NCBI GenBank assembly: GCA_010093705.1
Contig: MU006098.1
Location: 882,666-946,665 of the forward strand
DNA from: Patellaria atrata CBS 101060
Lineage: Eukaryota
Reading direction: 5' to 3'
Length of the DNA: 64,000 nt
Shown here: piece after piece, positions 13,330 to 23,440 of the stretch
Numbering within the stretch: the first letter of the stretch is position 1
Layout: each line of letters begins with the position of its first letter
The notes under the pieces: generated by a model
Told to the model about the DNA's origin: nothing
The model's input: only the letters and a program-made list of their open reading frames with translations
Database searches by the model: none
Made by a program: the position numbers and the translations under genes

Positions 13330-13459
13330 GGGGCCATAACCGAGTAGTAACGTACTTATGTCCCATCCTTTAAATGTATAACCCCGAGGCCCCGGGTTTG
13401 AGCCTCCCCAACGGGGTAAGGGCAGATGTGCTTCCGCTTCGGCGCGGGGGAACTGTTTT
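13330..13459 (+). ncRNA. Putative Pol III transcript: tRNA-derived head plus structured GC-rich 3' part (novel ncRNA, SINE or tRNA pseudogene)
   Basis: GGGGCCA-TA-ACCGAGTAG has tRNA-like T8/A9/A14/G15 spacing (A box). GGTTTGAGCC at 13395-13404 is B-box-like, a cUUCGg hairpin sits at 13435-13444, and several T-tracts follow from 13456. Confidence 0.45.
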
Positions 13460-15623
13460 CAATTTTTAAGTTTTTTTTTCATTATTGTACTTTACCTTTT
13501 TTTTTTTTTTTTGGCACTGCATTTTGACTCCTTGGGTGGTTGTGGTTTACATTCAAGAAGACGGTGAGCCGACGCAGGAACAAATCCGTAATCTTTGCAG
13601 ATATGCATCATCAACCCATCGTCCCCAACAAACACGCCCGTTGGTTTTTGCCCGCTCTTGTTTGCCTTCCAAGTCTCAGGTGCGGGGCAGTCAAAATATG
13701 ACGAAAGCAGAGCTTTTTACAAAGATAGGAACTGTATTTGAATCTGATCTGATAGAGCAAATAGAGTACATAGAGCACCATCTATTCTAGTATGTATTGA
13801 TGCACGCAATGGGCGAACATGAGGATGATGCGACCTGCGCCTACTCGTAGAAGAGGCAAGATTAGAGACAAGATATTGAAGCAGGTCCAGAAACACCAAT
13901 GTGCGTTCGCAAACCACCTTCGGCTCAAGACTTACAGACTCACAGTACGGTTGACTTGAGAGAGTTTTAAGGATTGAGCCGTTTACTTCAGACTCTCCCA
14001 GACCATCCTTGTCTTTGTAAGATGACATTATACTGTGGCTGATGGCATGATACTTGTCTCGCGTCACTTTTGAAGACGGTCATTAGTGTGGAATAACTAG
14101 AAAAACGTCAGCAACGGCCTACCGTTAAAGCGAAGACATTTTCCTTGGAGATTTAACAGCATCCTCTGTACCAACAATGTACCAAGGATATTCGTTTGAG
14201 AAGCGGACGTCAGGGCATTATTAAGGTAGACAACTGGGATAGCTTCTTATAACGTTTGTCGATGGTTAGACGGAACGACTGACCTAAAGATACTACTCAC
14301 ATTCAACGGAAGAAATTGTCTGCTTTATCCACCAAGCGTTGATCTAGGACAGTTCGAAGACGGATCCTTAGTTGGTAGAAGGAAGAAAACGCTCTTTTCA
14401 CACGAAGTCTTGAATCAGACTAGCATGTAAAATTCATTGTTCTTAAAGAGAGGAGAGTAAAGATTCGTGCGTATGGGTTCCTCCCCCTATTGCGTAAACA
14501 AATCCACCACGTAAATATATTTCTTTTACCATTCGTCCGGCCATCACTGATCAAAACTGAGATTAAAGCGATTTCTTCTGCGAGAAGTTCGTCTAATGAC
14601 CAAGATTAGGTAGGTGGTACTTCAAACATTGAAAATGGCGAAAATATTGTCCTTGGTTTGATAACGCCCCATTCTTCACCCCTGAGACTGAGATATCCTC
14701 CCGCTTGTCCGACACCAAAGTATTCTTAACATCCATCTCATAGCACAACATTGCCGCAGATCCGTCCTAAATAGATCATTGAGAAGTGTAAACTCTTATC
14801 AAACGCTGTCTATTACTCCCATATAATCCCAGCTTGGAACTGTCGATACAAGCAATAACATAAATGCTTTGCCGAGTTATCGAAAGCGGTAGTCAATCTA
14901 TAAAAGTAATTCATCAGATCATGTGTGAGCTTATGCTATCTTTCGGACATTAGGGTAAGTCTTGGCCTTTCGAGAAACAAAGCGCATAGGGCTCTTTCAT
15001 ACGCGCTTCCAGTGTAGTAAGCTCTCTCTGTTGACTTGTGAACTCACAGTAACTGGATAGATCATGAGTACTGCAAAGAGATCAATGCGCCCTGAGAGCA
15101 AAGGTTCACCACTCCTGAGGCGCCTTGGTAGCAACAAGTACAATACGCTATTACTCATAGCTTGTTACTTCCTTGTTGTAGAATAAAGAATCAATAACAT
15201 AAGTGGATGAGGACTGTTAAGAGTAGGGAGACTATATTATCAGAAAAAGCACAATGATACCATTAGAATAGCATCGATGCCATCATTGCCGTATACCGAG
15301 CAAGTACCGGCAATTCATACGACGTTAGCAAAAGGTTAGCACAAGCTTCTATTAATCAAAGAATGCGTTGCCAAGCCATCGTCAAAGTTGCAGAGTGGCG
15401 TCTGTTTCCCAAAAACAGAACGATGAATCCCTCCACGTATTTCAAGGCCCGTTTCATAAACAATCAGCCAAGAATTCAGAATTTGAAAATGCATACTAAG
15501 AGGTGGAATTCCCACCAATAGTAACTATAACCGTAACGGTTTCTAGTGTCAAAAGTGCTTTGAATGGTTGGGAGCCTTGTTTTCTGAGAGATTCTGGAGT
15601 TCACATATATAACGGTTAAATTA

Positions 15624-15693
15624 ACCCCAGATCTTGGCAAACTATAGGAGGAGGAACATCCTTGAGGAATTCAATGCACCCCAGATCTTGGCA
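15624..15693. promoter_or_regulatory. Duplicated 16-bp element ACCCCAGATCTTGGCA upstream of the LPMO (CreA-like plus PacC-like sites)
   Basis: Exact copies at 15624-15639 and 15678-15693. The reverse strand of each contains CTGGGG (fits SYGGRG) and GCCAAG (fits GCCARG). TATAAATA lies near 15875. Confidence 0.5.
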
Positions 15694-15983
15694 GTAGAAG
15701 AGATAATGCAAATTCGAAGAGCAGTGAGCAACTGGACACGCTTCTATATGAGTTTTGAGAGACCTGGATGTGATATTAAGAATATATGAAAGCGGAGACA
15801 CTAGGATAACTCAATTTGGACACAACGGACACACGGCTGACAAAAGTAGCAGGTAGAATTGACTAAAAGAGATGTATAAATACTAAAGACGTCTCTAGCT
15901 GTTTGTTGGCTTTTAACCTTCATCCGCGGGTCATTCATTCTTTAGTGTCTTTCTCTAGCTAGTCTCCGTTGACTTTCGACAGA

Positions 15984-16694
15984 ATGAAGTTCTCTTCTTC
16001 TCTTCTCGCCCTATTGGCTGCATCGCTCGCAGAGGGCCACTACATCTTCTCTCATCTGATCGTTAATGGCAAGGCAGTAGGTGGCGAGTATACTTACATT
16101 CGAAAGAACAGCAACACCTACATGCCATCCTTTACCGATGAGATAGTCAACTCTCCAGACCTTCGATGCAACAAAGGCGCCAGACCAGGAGGCTCTACCC
16201 AGACGTATAGCGTGAATGCTGGGGATAAAATCGGATTCAAGCTCGACTATAACGAATTCATCGAGCACCCAGGCCCAGGGTTTGTTTACATGTCGAAGGC
16301 GCCAGGTGCTGTCAGCACCTACGATGGTTCTGGCGACTGGTTCAAGGTGTATGAGACTGGTCTTTGCAACGCCAACTCTCCCGGTCAAGATGGAAGCTGG
16401 TGCTCGTGGCAGAAGGATCGCCTAGAATTCACAATCCCCAAAACGGTCCCACCAGGGGAATATCTCGTCCGCGTAGAACACATTGGTCTACACGAAGCCT
16501 TCAAGGGCAGAGCTCAGTTTTACATGGAGTGTGCACAACTGAAGATCTCGGGCAGCGGTGGGGGGAACCCAAGTCCGCTCGTAAAGATTCCTGGCATCTA
16601 CTCCGCTAATGACCCCGGAATCAAGTTTGATAAGTGGAATAACCCTAAGCCCAACTCTTACGTCATGCCGGGACCCAAGGTCTGGTCCGGTTAG
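15984..16694 (+). CDS. AA9 lytic polysaccharide monooxygenase (GH61), secreted, no CBM1
   Basis: Signal peptide MKFSSSLLALLAASLAEG followed by mature His1 (HYIF). Second His in HPGP; GDWFKV, PGEYLVRVEHIGLH, AQFYMECAQL and PGP..W motifs. The true start is the ATG at 15984. Confidence 0.97.
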   Translation: MKFSSSLLALLAASLAEGHYIFSHLIVNGKAVGGEYTYIRKNSNTYMPSFTDEIVNSPDLRCNKGARPGGSTQTYSVNAGDKIGFKLDYNEFIEHPGPGFVYMSKAPGAVSTYDGSGDWFKVYETGLCNANSPGQDGSWCSWQKDRLEFTIPKTVPPGEYLVRVEHIGLHEAFKGRAQFYMECAQLKISGSGGGNPSPLVKIPGIYSANDPGIKFDKWNNPKPNSYVMPGPKVWSG

Positions 16695-17533
16695 GGGATG
16701 TTCGATTACCGCTTTTCTCATCAATCCTGATCCTTTGGGAATATTGCGACCAGCATAGTGGAAGGACGGAGGGTTCTATCATGAATGATATGTTGAATTA
16801 CACCATAAGATAAAGAATATAATGAGAAACGTGTGCGAAAATGATTGACACTATGTTCTTAAGATCGTTTGACTCGTGAAGTACTCTGAAGAGATGTCCC
16901 CATATGATTCCATAACCTGCCAAACGAAGTGCATTAGACTTATGGTTTGATACTAGACTCCTTGAGTGAATACAGTTCTTGAAAATACTAAACGCTGTAT
17001 CTGTAATCTCAAGCAGATGCAGAGCCTTACCATTTATCGCAGCTTTTACGCATAATAAGGGCCATGGACTAATACGGATGACATGGAAGGACGTCGTATT
17101 TATCCTATGATCGGTGTTCGGAACGTACCGAAGCTTCTATGGTTCTATCTATCGTAGATCGAAACTGTAAACCCGGCTGGATGGAGGTTCTAGAGACTTT
17201 CCTTCAGGGTTCGGCAATGGTTGTTTACGTGGTTAACGGCTCCGCTATTAGAGTATTTCGCACGTACTGTACTCGGCCTCACATCGAGGAGACGTAATCC
17301 TATCAATCTGTAGGCCATTCTCACCAGTAACGGTGATAGATGTTTTGAAAGAGGCAAATGGTGTGAAAGCAAGGAAAGATGAATCCCTTCGGGGTTGCGT
17401 TAATCATCCAATAAAAACATCCATTCCGTCACTAGCTCGAAAATTTTGCCTCCACCATCGGCCTCGGGAAAATACCCCATATGGTTTGTTAAATTCATAA
17501 ATATTTACTATATAAATAACCCTGACCATCATA

Positions 17534-17622
17534 GGTTGTGTGGTGTAGCGGTAGCACCCTGGATTCTGATGTTAAAAAGTCTGGATTTTCCAGTAACCTG
17601 AGTTCGATCCTCAGCACGACCT
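17534..17622 (+). tRNA. tRNA-Gln (anticodon CTG) with ~17-nt intron (17570-17586)
   Basis: Acceptor stem GGTTGTG/CACGACC, D arm GTG..CAC, anticodon stem CTGGA/TCCAG with CTG at 17566-17568, T arm CTGAG-TTCGATC-CTCAG, and a TTTTT terminator just downstream. Confidence 0.95.
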
Positions 17623-17955
17623 ATTTTTGCTGCCTCGACATCTCCCAGGCTCCTAATACAGCAACCCTTTCCTTACTTTTTGAATGAGTCAAAGTGGATG
17701 GGTGGTGCGGGGCTGTAATTTTCAATTTTTTTTTTAAAACCGAAACAGCTGTCGAGGACTCCTTGAACACTCGAGGAGGTAGCCATACGGAGTAGTGAAC
17801 TTGAAAATGTAGTATAGAGGGTTGAGTATAGTTTGATATTATTCCTTTAATGCTTTATTTCTTTAAATCATCTATTTACTATTAACTCCTTACCATGCTA
17901 AAGTGAAATGCGCTATACAGATACAAGACTAGAAAAACTGTTCAAAGCGTTCCAT

Positions 17956-20015
17956 CTAAGTGCCATCAAACAACGGTAAAATATTCGACTTTTTCTTCTT
18001 ACTCATCGGAGTCGTTGTAACCTTGGAACTATTCAAGCTCTGCCGTTTGTCCATACTCCTTCCATTATCCATGTCACTATGTTTCTCTTCCTTCATCTCC
18101 CTCTCCTCTTCCTGATCCTTCTCCCACTTCTTTTGCATCTTCTCAATTGCTTCCTGCGTGAGCTCCTGTCTATTCATCCTCTCAAGAACATCATGCTTTC
18201 TAGTCTTCTTATCTCCAATCCAGATCAGCAAGCCGGCAGTAGCGTTGCAGGTAATGCTACAGCACAGAATGACGGTAGTGAGTGCAAAGGGGCGGACCCG
18301 GTAGTCAATTCCCCATGTAACCGCACCAAGAGATATTTGCAAGAGCGAATGGCAATCTAAAAGAACGACAACAGCAACGAGGAGACGCAGCGGGAAAGCG
18401 TAGTGAGTTTCCGTCTCATGCGGTTTATAGAACGTGTGAGACTTTGCGAATTTACCGGCATGATGATTGAATTTTTGCTGCTGTACTGCGTTCAATACAC
18501 TATACTCTCTTTGTTTTTCCAAATCTTTTTCGTTTGGGTAAATTTTCTTAAAACGGAATCTCTTTCCCATTTTATCCATTGTAGTAGCGAATCGTCCTTG
18601 ACGAATCTTTCGCATTCGTGGTGGCGGCAGCTCTGTCGGGAGATCGTTATGATCTTGGAGTTCAGGCAGTTGACGCTCCTTGCGGATTTTCCAGGTTAGG
18701 TGATGATAATGGGCGATATATATCATGTGATAAGTGTCGACAGCCCTAAAAGGAGCAAGGCCGTCACCGACAACAGCGAATAGCGCAACCAAGACGGAGT
18801 CAATGACGTGAACAACGTATATCTGTTTACCTCCAACATTAATCCAGCCTACAGAAGGTCAGTCAGAATGCTATACTAAAAATAAAGGAGGTTGTAACTC
18901 ACCAATCAAAAACAGAACCCATGCAAGACCGAATAAGGTAATCAACGTTGCGTACAGGGTCACAAGAAATCCAAGTGCTATTACGGTCCCTTAGTGAATC
19001 CTCTTCCGAATGTGTAATATACCATAACTTACGTCTTTGGACATACTGCCAAAACCCTTTCATCGAACGCTTGAACTTGGATCTCCTGGAGTGTAACATG
19101 TGTCTGACATGATCATTAAGCTCAAGACGGTCTTCATGGCTCCAGCCTGCAAGAGAAGCGCCTTGTGGCAGGACGGCATAACGGGAATCACTTAGTCTTG
19201 AGTCAATGGTAGCTAGGGTCGGTCCACGGCGCATCGGTTCCGGCCGTGTTGGTAGTTTGGGTGGAACTTCTTCTTGTGTTCGCTCATCCTCGCTATCGGA
19301 CTTGACTTTTTGAGCGACTTTCTGAGCGACTTCCTTCCCCAAGCTTGAAAGAAAATATGTCGGCCTCCTATTGACGTATTTACCTAGGTTCGGTATAAAG
19401 AGAGAATTTTGCATGTTTGTTAACGACGTCAGAGTTTGAACTTCCGGATCTATCATTTCCAATATTAGATATAATCCTACCAATTGGAACTATGTGAATC
19501 TGACCTATAGTATCTAAGACATCGACCATGTCATCATCGTACTGCTTCCAGATGAGATCATTTGGGGGGTATGGGGGTTTTGTATTCTTGTCCCCGTCTG
19601 ATTTCCAATCTCTCAAAACGTCTCGTGCCCTCTCCAGTAAGTTCCCGGTTCCCCTATTCTGTGTTTCCATCGCTGTATGGGACGACAGAGAAGGCTGAGG
19701 GACTCCACCATAGTCATGTCTTTCAATATCCTTCCCGCTCTGTCCAGACCTATTTCCAGTAGATCGTCGAAGAGAAATACTTGGTATGAATAGACGAGAG
19801 GAATCAGGTGCAAACTCATCGGGTTCAAACATACGTCGTGGTGGGATTGGGAGAGGCTTGTCTAGGTTATGCGGCGATGTTGGTGGTTTTCCAAATGTAT
19901 CCCGTGTTACCGCAGGTCTGGGAAGAGGAACAGATGCACTCTCTGGACCTGACTGGACTGCTTTGTCGTGTTTCCGGGGATAGACATTGTTGATAGCATT
20001 TTTGAAGCGATCCAT
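17956..20015 (-). CDS. Integral membrane protein, DUF2985-like, 4 exons
   Basis: ORFs 19380-20015, 18899-19483 and 17956-18792 join through GT-AG introns. Motifs: VDVLDTI|DPEVQTLTSLTNMQNSLFIP, GFLVTLYATLITLFGLAWVLFLIGWI, GDGLAPFRAVDTYHM, SHTFYKPHETETH. Confidence 0.8.
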
Positions 20016-20751
20016 GTGAAAAATCTAATCGGTGTACTAAATGAGCAGCGCGGTATGAAGCCTAAGACAACGAAAAAGGAATGAGGGACGAATTAAGGAA
20101 GAAATTGATCTATATAGTGTACGTGGAAAGCGAGCCACTATCCTGAATGAATAGTATAATAGAGGTGAACAACGAATGTAACAGCATATCGTGAAGATAA
20201 GTAGGGAAAATGTGAAAGTAGGACATTCCTACCTATATTATTATCGAGGTTACCTTATCGATAATCAATCGGAGCATAAAGTTGGAAAGGGAGAGATTGA
20301 GCTGGGAAGCGAAACCAGCAAAATGATGCACATGGCTGGCTATTGTGGCGTCTTGGATCGTCATGCCAAGAGCCCTATTTATTGATCCTTCCAAACCTCA
20401 CATCACTCATCTTTACAACTCATACGGAGGTACCCTCTGACTCTGTATAGTCCTACGGTATGGCTGAAGTCCTACGAAAGCACTTGCACTATGGAAAACA
20501 CCAGGCAGAACGATTGCTGACACCGAAGAGGTCTGATGTGAATGGCTCGAAGCTAGCCACAAAGACGAAACCGAAAAAGGGGTGACTGGATGCACAAAAG
20601 CAGAGCAATCATGTAAACATATATCAATCTCATAGGAAGTAAGTGAGCAAAAGTATTCAAAACTATACGGAACAACGCAGCACCTACCCCACAGCATCGG
20701 ACGTACAGTACCAGATTGTTCCTAATTTTCCTCCTCTTCGCCGTCCAGCCT

Positions 20752-22893
20752 TTACCAACTGTTGCTATTCCTTTCCATACCTCTCATTTCATATTCAGGC
20801 AAAACCTCCTTTCCAATCCAACGTAAACACACTATCTCATGAACCTGAACCACATCTCCTTTACGTCCATCCTTCTCCTCTTCTCTTTCAAAGTCAGGAA
20901 ACTTCTCTACGACAAATACCTTCATCTCTTTGCGCTCCTTTCTCTTGGCGTTCAAGCAGAAGATAACCCACCAGAAGGCCCCGAAGCCCACCACACTCCA
21001 AGATACAGCCGGTGTGACATACCAAGCTATACGTGCAACTGTAGTTCGCGCATAGGTACCCGTTGGCGGAACCCAAAGTGCGATGATAGGGAAAAGGGAG
21101 CCAAGACCGAAAACAATTGATGAGAGAATTGATAGAAGGGGAAGAAACCCCCTGGATTTCTGGCGCCAGCCCTCACTAGGAGAGAATCGAAGGTAGAGCA
21201 TACCAACCGCTAGGCCGACTCCAAAAAATGCGACGATGGCATACGAGTACAAGGAAACCAAAATACCGTATGCATCGGTCGGAGTCTGCTTGATGGTTGC
21301 AATGATCAATACCACGGTGAACACCCAGTGAAGAAAGAGTGCACCGACGGGTGTCGGTTGCGAGTGTTCGACAGGGTCGAGTATTTTCCGTTTGAGGATG
21401 GAATGGAAAGGCCGCCCAATCAACTCAGTCTTGCGGCACCAAGTCAGAAACCGCCCAACCGAAACATCGGTACTCTGACCAAAGAGTTTTGCCCAAGGAA
21501 TAGCGCCCTCTTTTGCAATCTCTTGCTTTATACGCGATGCCGTAAAAGTGAACGTGATGATATTTCCTAGGCTGGATATCGCCATGAACGCCGCCAGAAT
21601 TCGCTGTGCCTTGTTATCTTTGCTCCCCAGTGTTCCATAAGTGTTTTGAAAGAAGACGGTCGCTATATTCTGCGCAGAATCGATTTGAATTTCGCGTGGT
21701 ACAACAACCATCTGTGTCAACAATTCAGTTTCAAGATCTTCCAGAGTGAGGTCTGAGAAATACTGTACGTACATATACAAGATTGACAGCCATGTATAGA
21801 ACACTAACAAGTACTACTGCAATCGATGTCGCCCATGGATACGCTCGTCGCGGTCGGGCTATTTCCCCTAGAGCCTAAAATCATAGTTTAGCTACGTTCA
21901 AACAAAGGGAGGGACGAGCAAGTACTGACAGAGTTAGGTTGTTCGAAACCGGCATACGCGAATACCACCGCTAAGAATGCCTGAGCATAACCGTACGAAT
22001 CAGTAGCAGCATCAGCAAAAGAACGACTTGGTGGTAGGTTATCAGCTGCGATGTCTTTCACCGAGCGGCCCTCTGTAGGGAAGACACCACCAGCATAGGC
22101 CATAATACCAGTAACGATGATCAAAATCAACATCAAAATTTTGATGATTGCGAAGAAGTTGCTGAGCCAGATCCCGCCGCGTCGGGAGAACGCGTGCACA
22201 AAACAGGCTGCGGAAGCAACGGCGATAGCGATCCCTCTTGCTTTACCATTAGTGACTTCAACGTCAGCTGCCTCTAGCATACGAATGCCAAAGATAAGAC
22301 AATTTCCTGCAGCGTTGCCAAGAATGATATAAGAGATACCATAGACGCAAGCGGAGAAGACAACCGTTTTATGTCGGTAAGCAGGCTGAGGGAAGGCATA
22401 CTGAAGCTAATTTCGGTCAGGGCTAGAAGTTTCAATATTGTTTATCCATTACCCACGTAGTTAAGAGCTCCTCCACTTCGTGGAATGCCTTGTTCCTCTC
22501 CTTCGAATTCATGGCGCGGTGTATTTAGACCAAATTCGATATGAAGATGAGTGCCCGCAAACGCATATAAAGCACCGCAAAACCAGAACATGAGCGTGAT
22601 TCCAACGCTATGGGTCCCACGCATAGCAGTCGAGGTTGTATTGAATATGCCAGTCCCTTCAAGATATTAGCGTGCTATTTAGAGAAAATGACGAGGAACC
22701 TGCCTATCATTCTATTAATGACTAGGCCCATGACAGACCAGTATCCTAACTTGAATCTCCGATCTGGAGCATCAGTAACAATAGTATTAGGCGCTGAGCT
22801 TTCGAATAGCTCGCGTCTATCTCCAACGCTATTTTCGTCACTCATGAACGAGCGACCATCTGCATCCGCAGCAGCAGGCTGAAAGTTTTCCAT
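20752..22893 (-). CDS. APC-superfamily amino acid permease (Mup1-like high-affinity methionine permease family), 5 exons
   Basis: LGYWSVMGLVINRMI|GTGIF, EFGLNTP, PRSGGALNY, FAYAGFEQPN and RIKQEIAKEGAIPW motifs, with many hydrophobic TM segments. The first intron is GC-AG (22703-22657). Confidence 0.88.
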
Positions 22894-23440
22894 GGTGAGA
22901 AGTTCCAACGTCGTACAGAGGAAGGTTCCAAGAAGATTCTTGTGAGTGGAATTCAAGTCAGTAAAATAAGTGCGCAAATGAGGCTGAGGTATACCATTAC
23001 TGGCACATACTAGCACCCTGAAACGCCGTCGCTCAGCGATAACTGGCTCGAGAAGGCTATGAAAACTGCAACAGCTCACATTATTATTCACACTGAACTT
23101 GCTCCGCCTATTTTGGCTTCAGTCGACCTCAGCGTGATTGGCGGCATGCTACACCTTTGGGGGTCTCTCAAAACGTGGCTGCTTCACCTTACCAAATCCG
23201 GCGATTTTTGAGATGTATGCACGACAAGCACCAATAACGCTCAAGGTGCCGAGTAAGAAGGCAATGCAAAGCCTTATTATAGATAATTATTCAGGTTTCC
23301 TCGGGATCTGCTTCAGTCTACATGTGGTGTTGCCGCCTTAGGGTCGGATAGTTATAAGATCGTATATAGCCTGGGACCTCTGGGAACGAACGTCGTGACC
23401 ATCGTCGTACTTAAGTGACAGAGCTTGATGTAGCCTTGTG

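Noticed and set aside
13330..13459. HDV-like, twister or hammerhead ribozyme, or intact tRNA, as the identity of the structured element
   Set aside because: The required cores (HDV nested pseudoknot with J4/2 C, twister loop, CUGAUGA/GAAA) and a tRNA acceptor/T stem could not be built by hand.
13717..15518. Short ORFs in the gene-free interval before the LPMO
   Set aside because: No recognisable domain, splice-consistent model or transposon signature.
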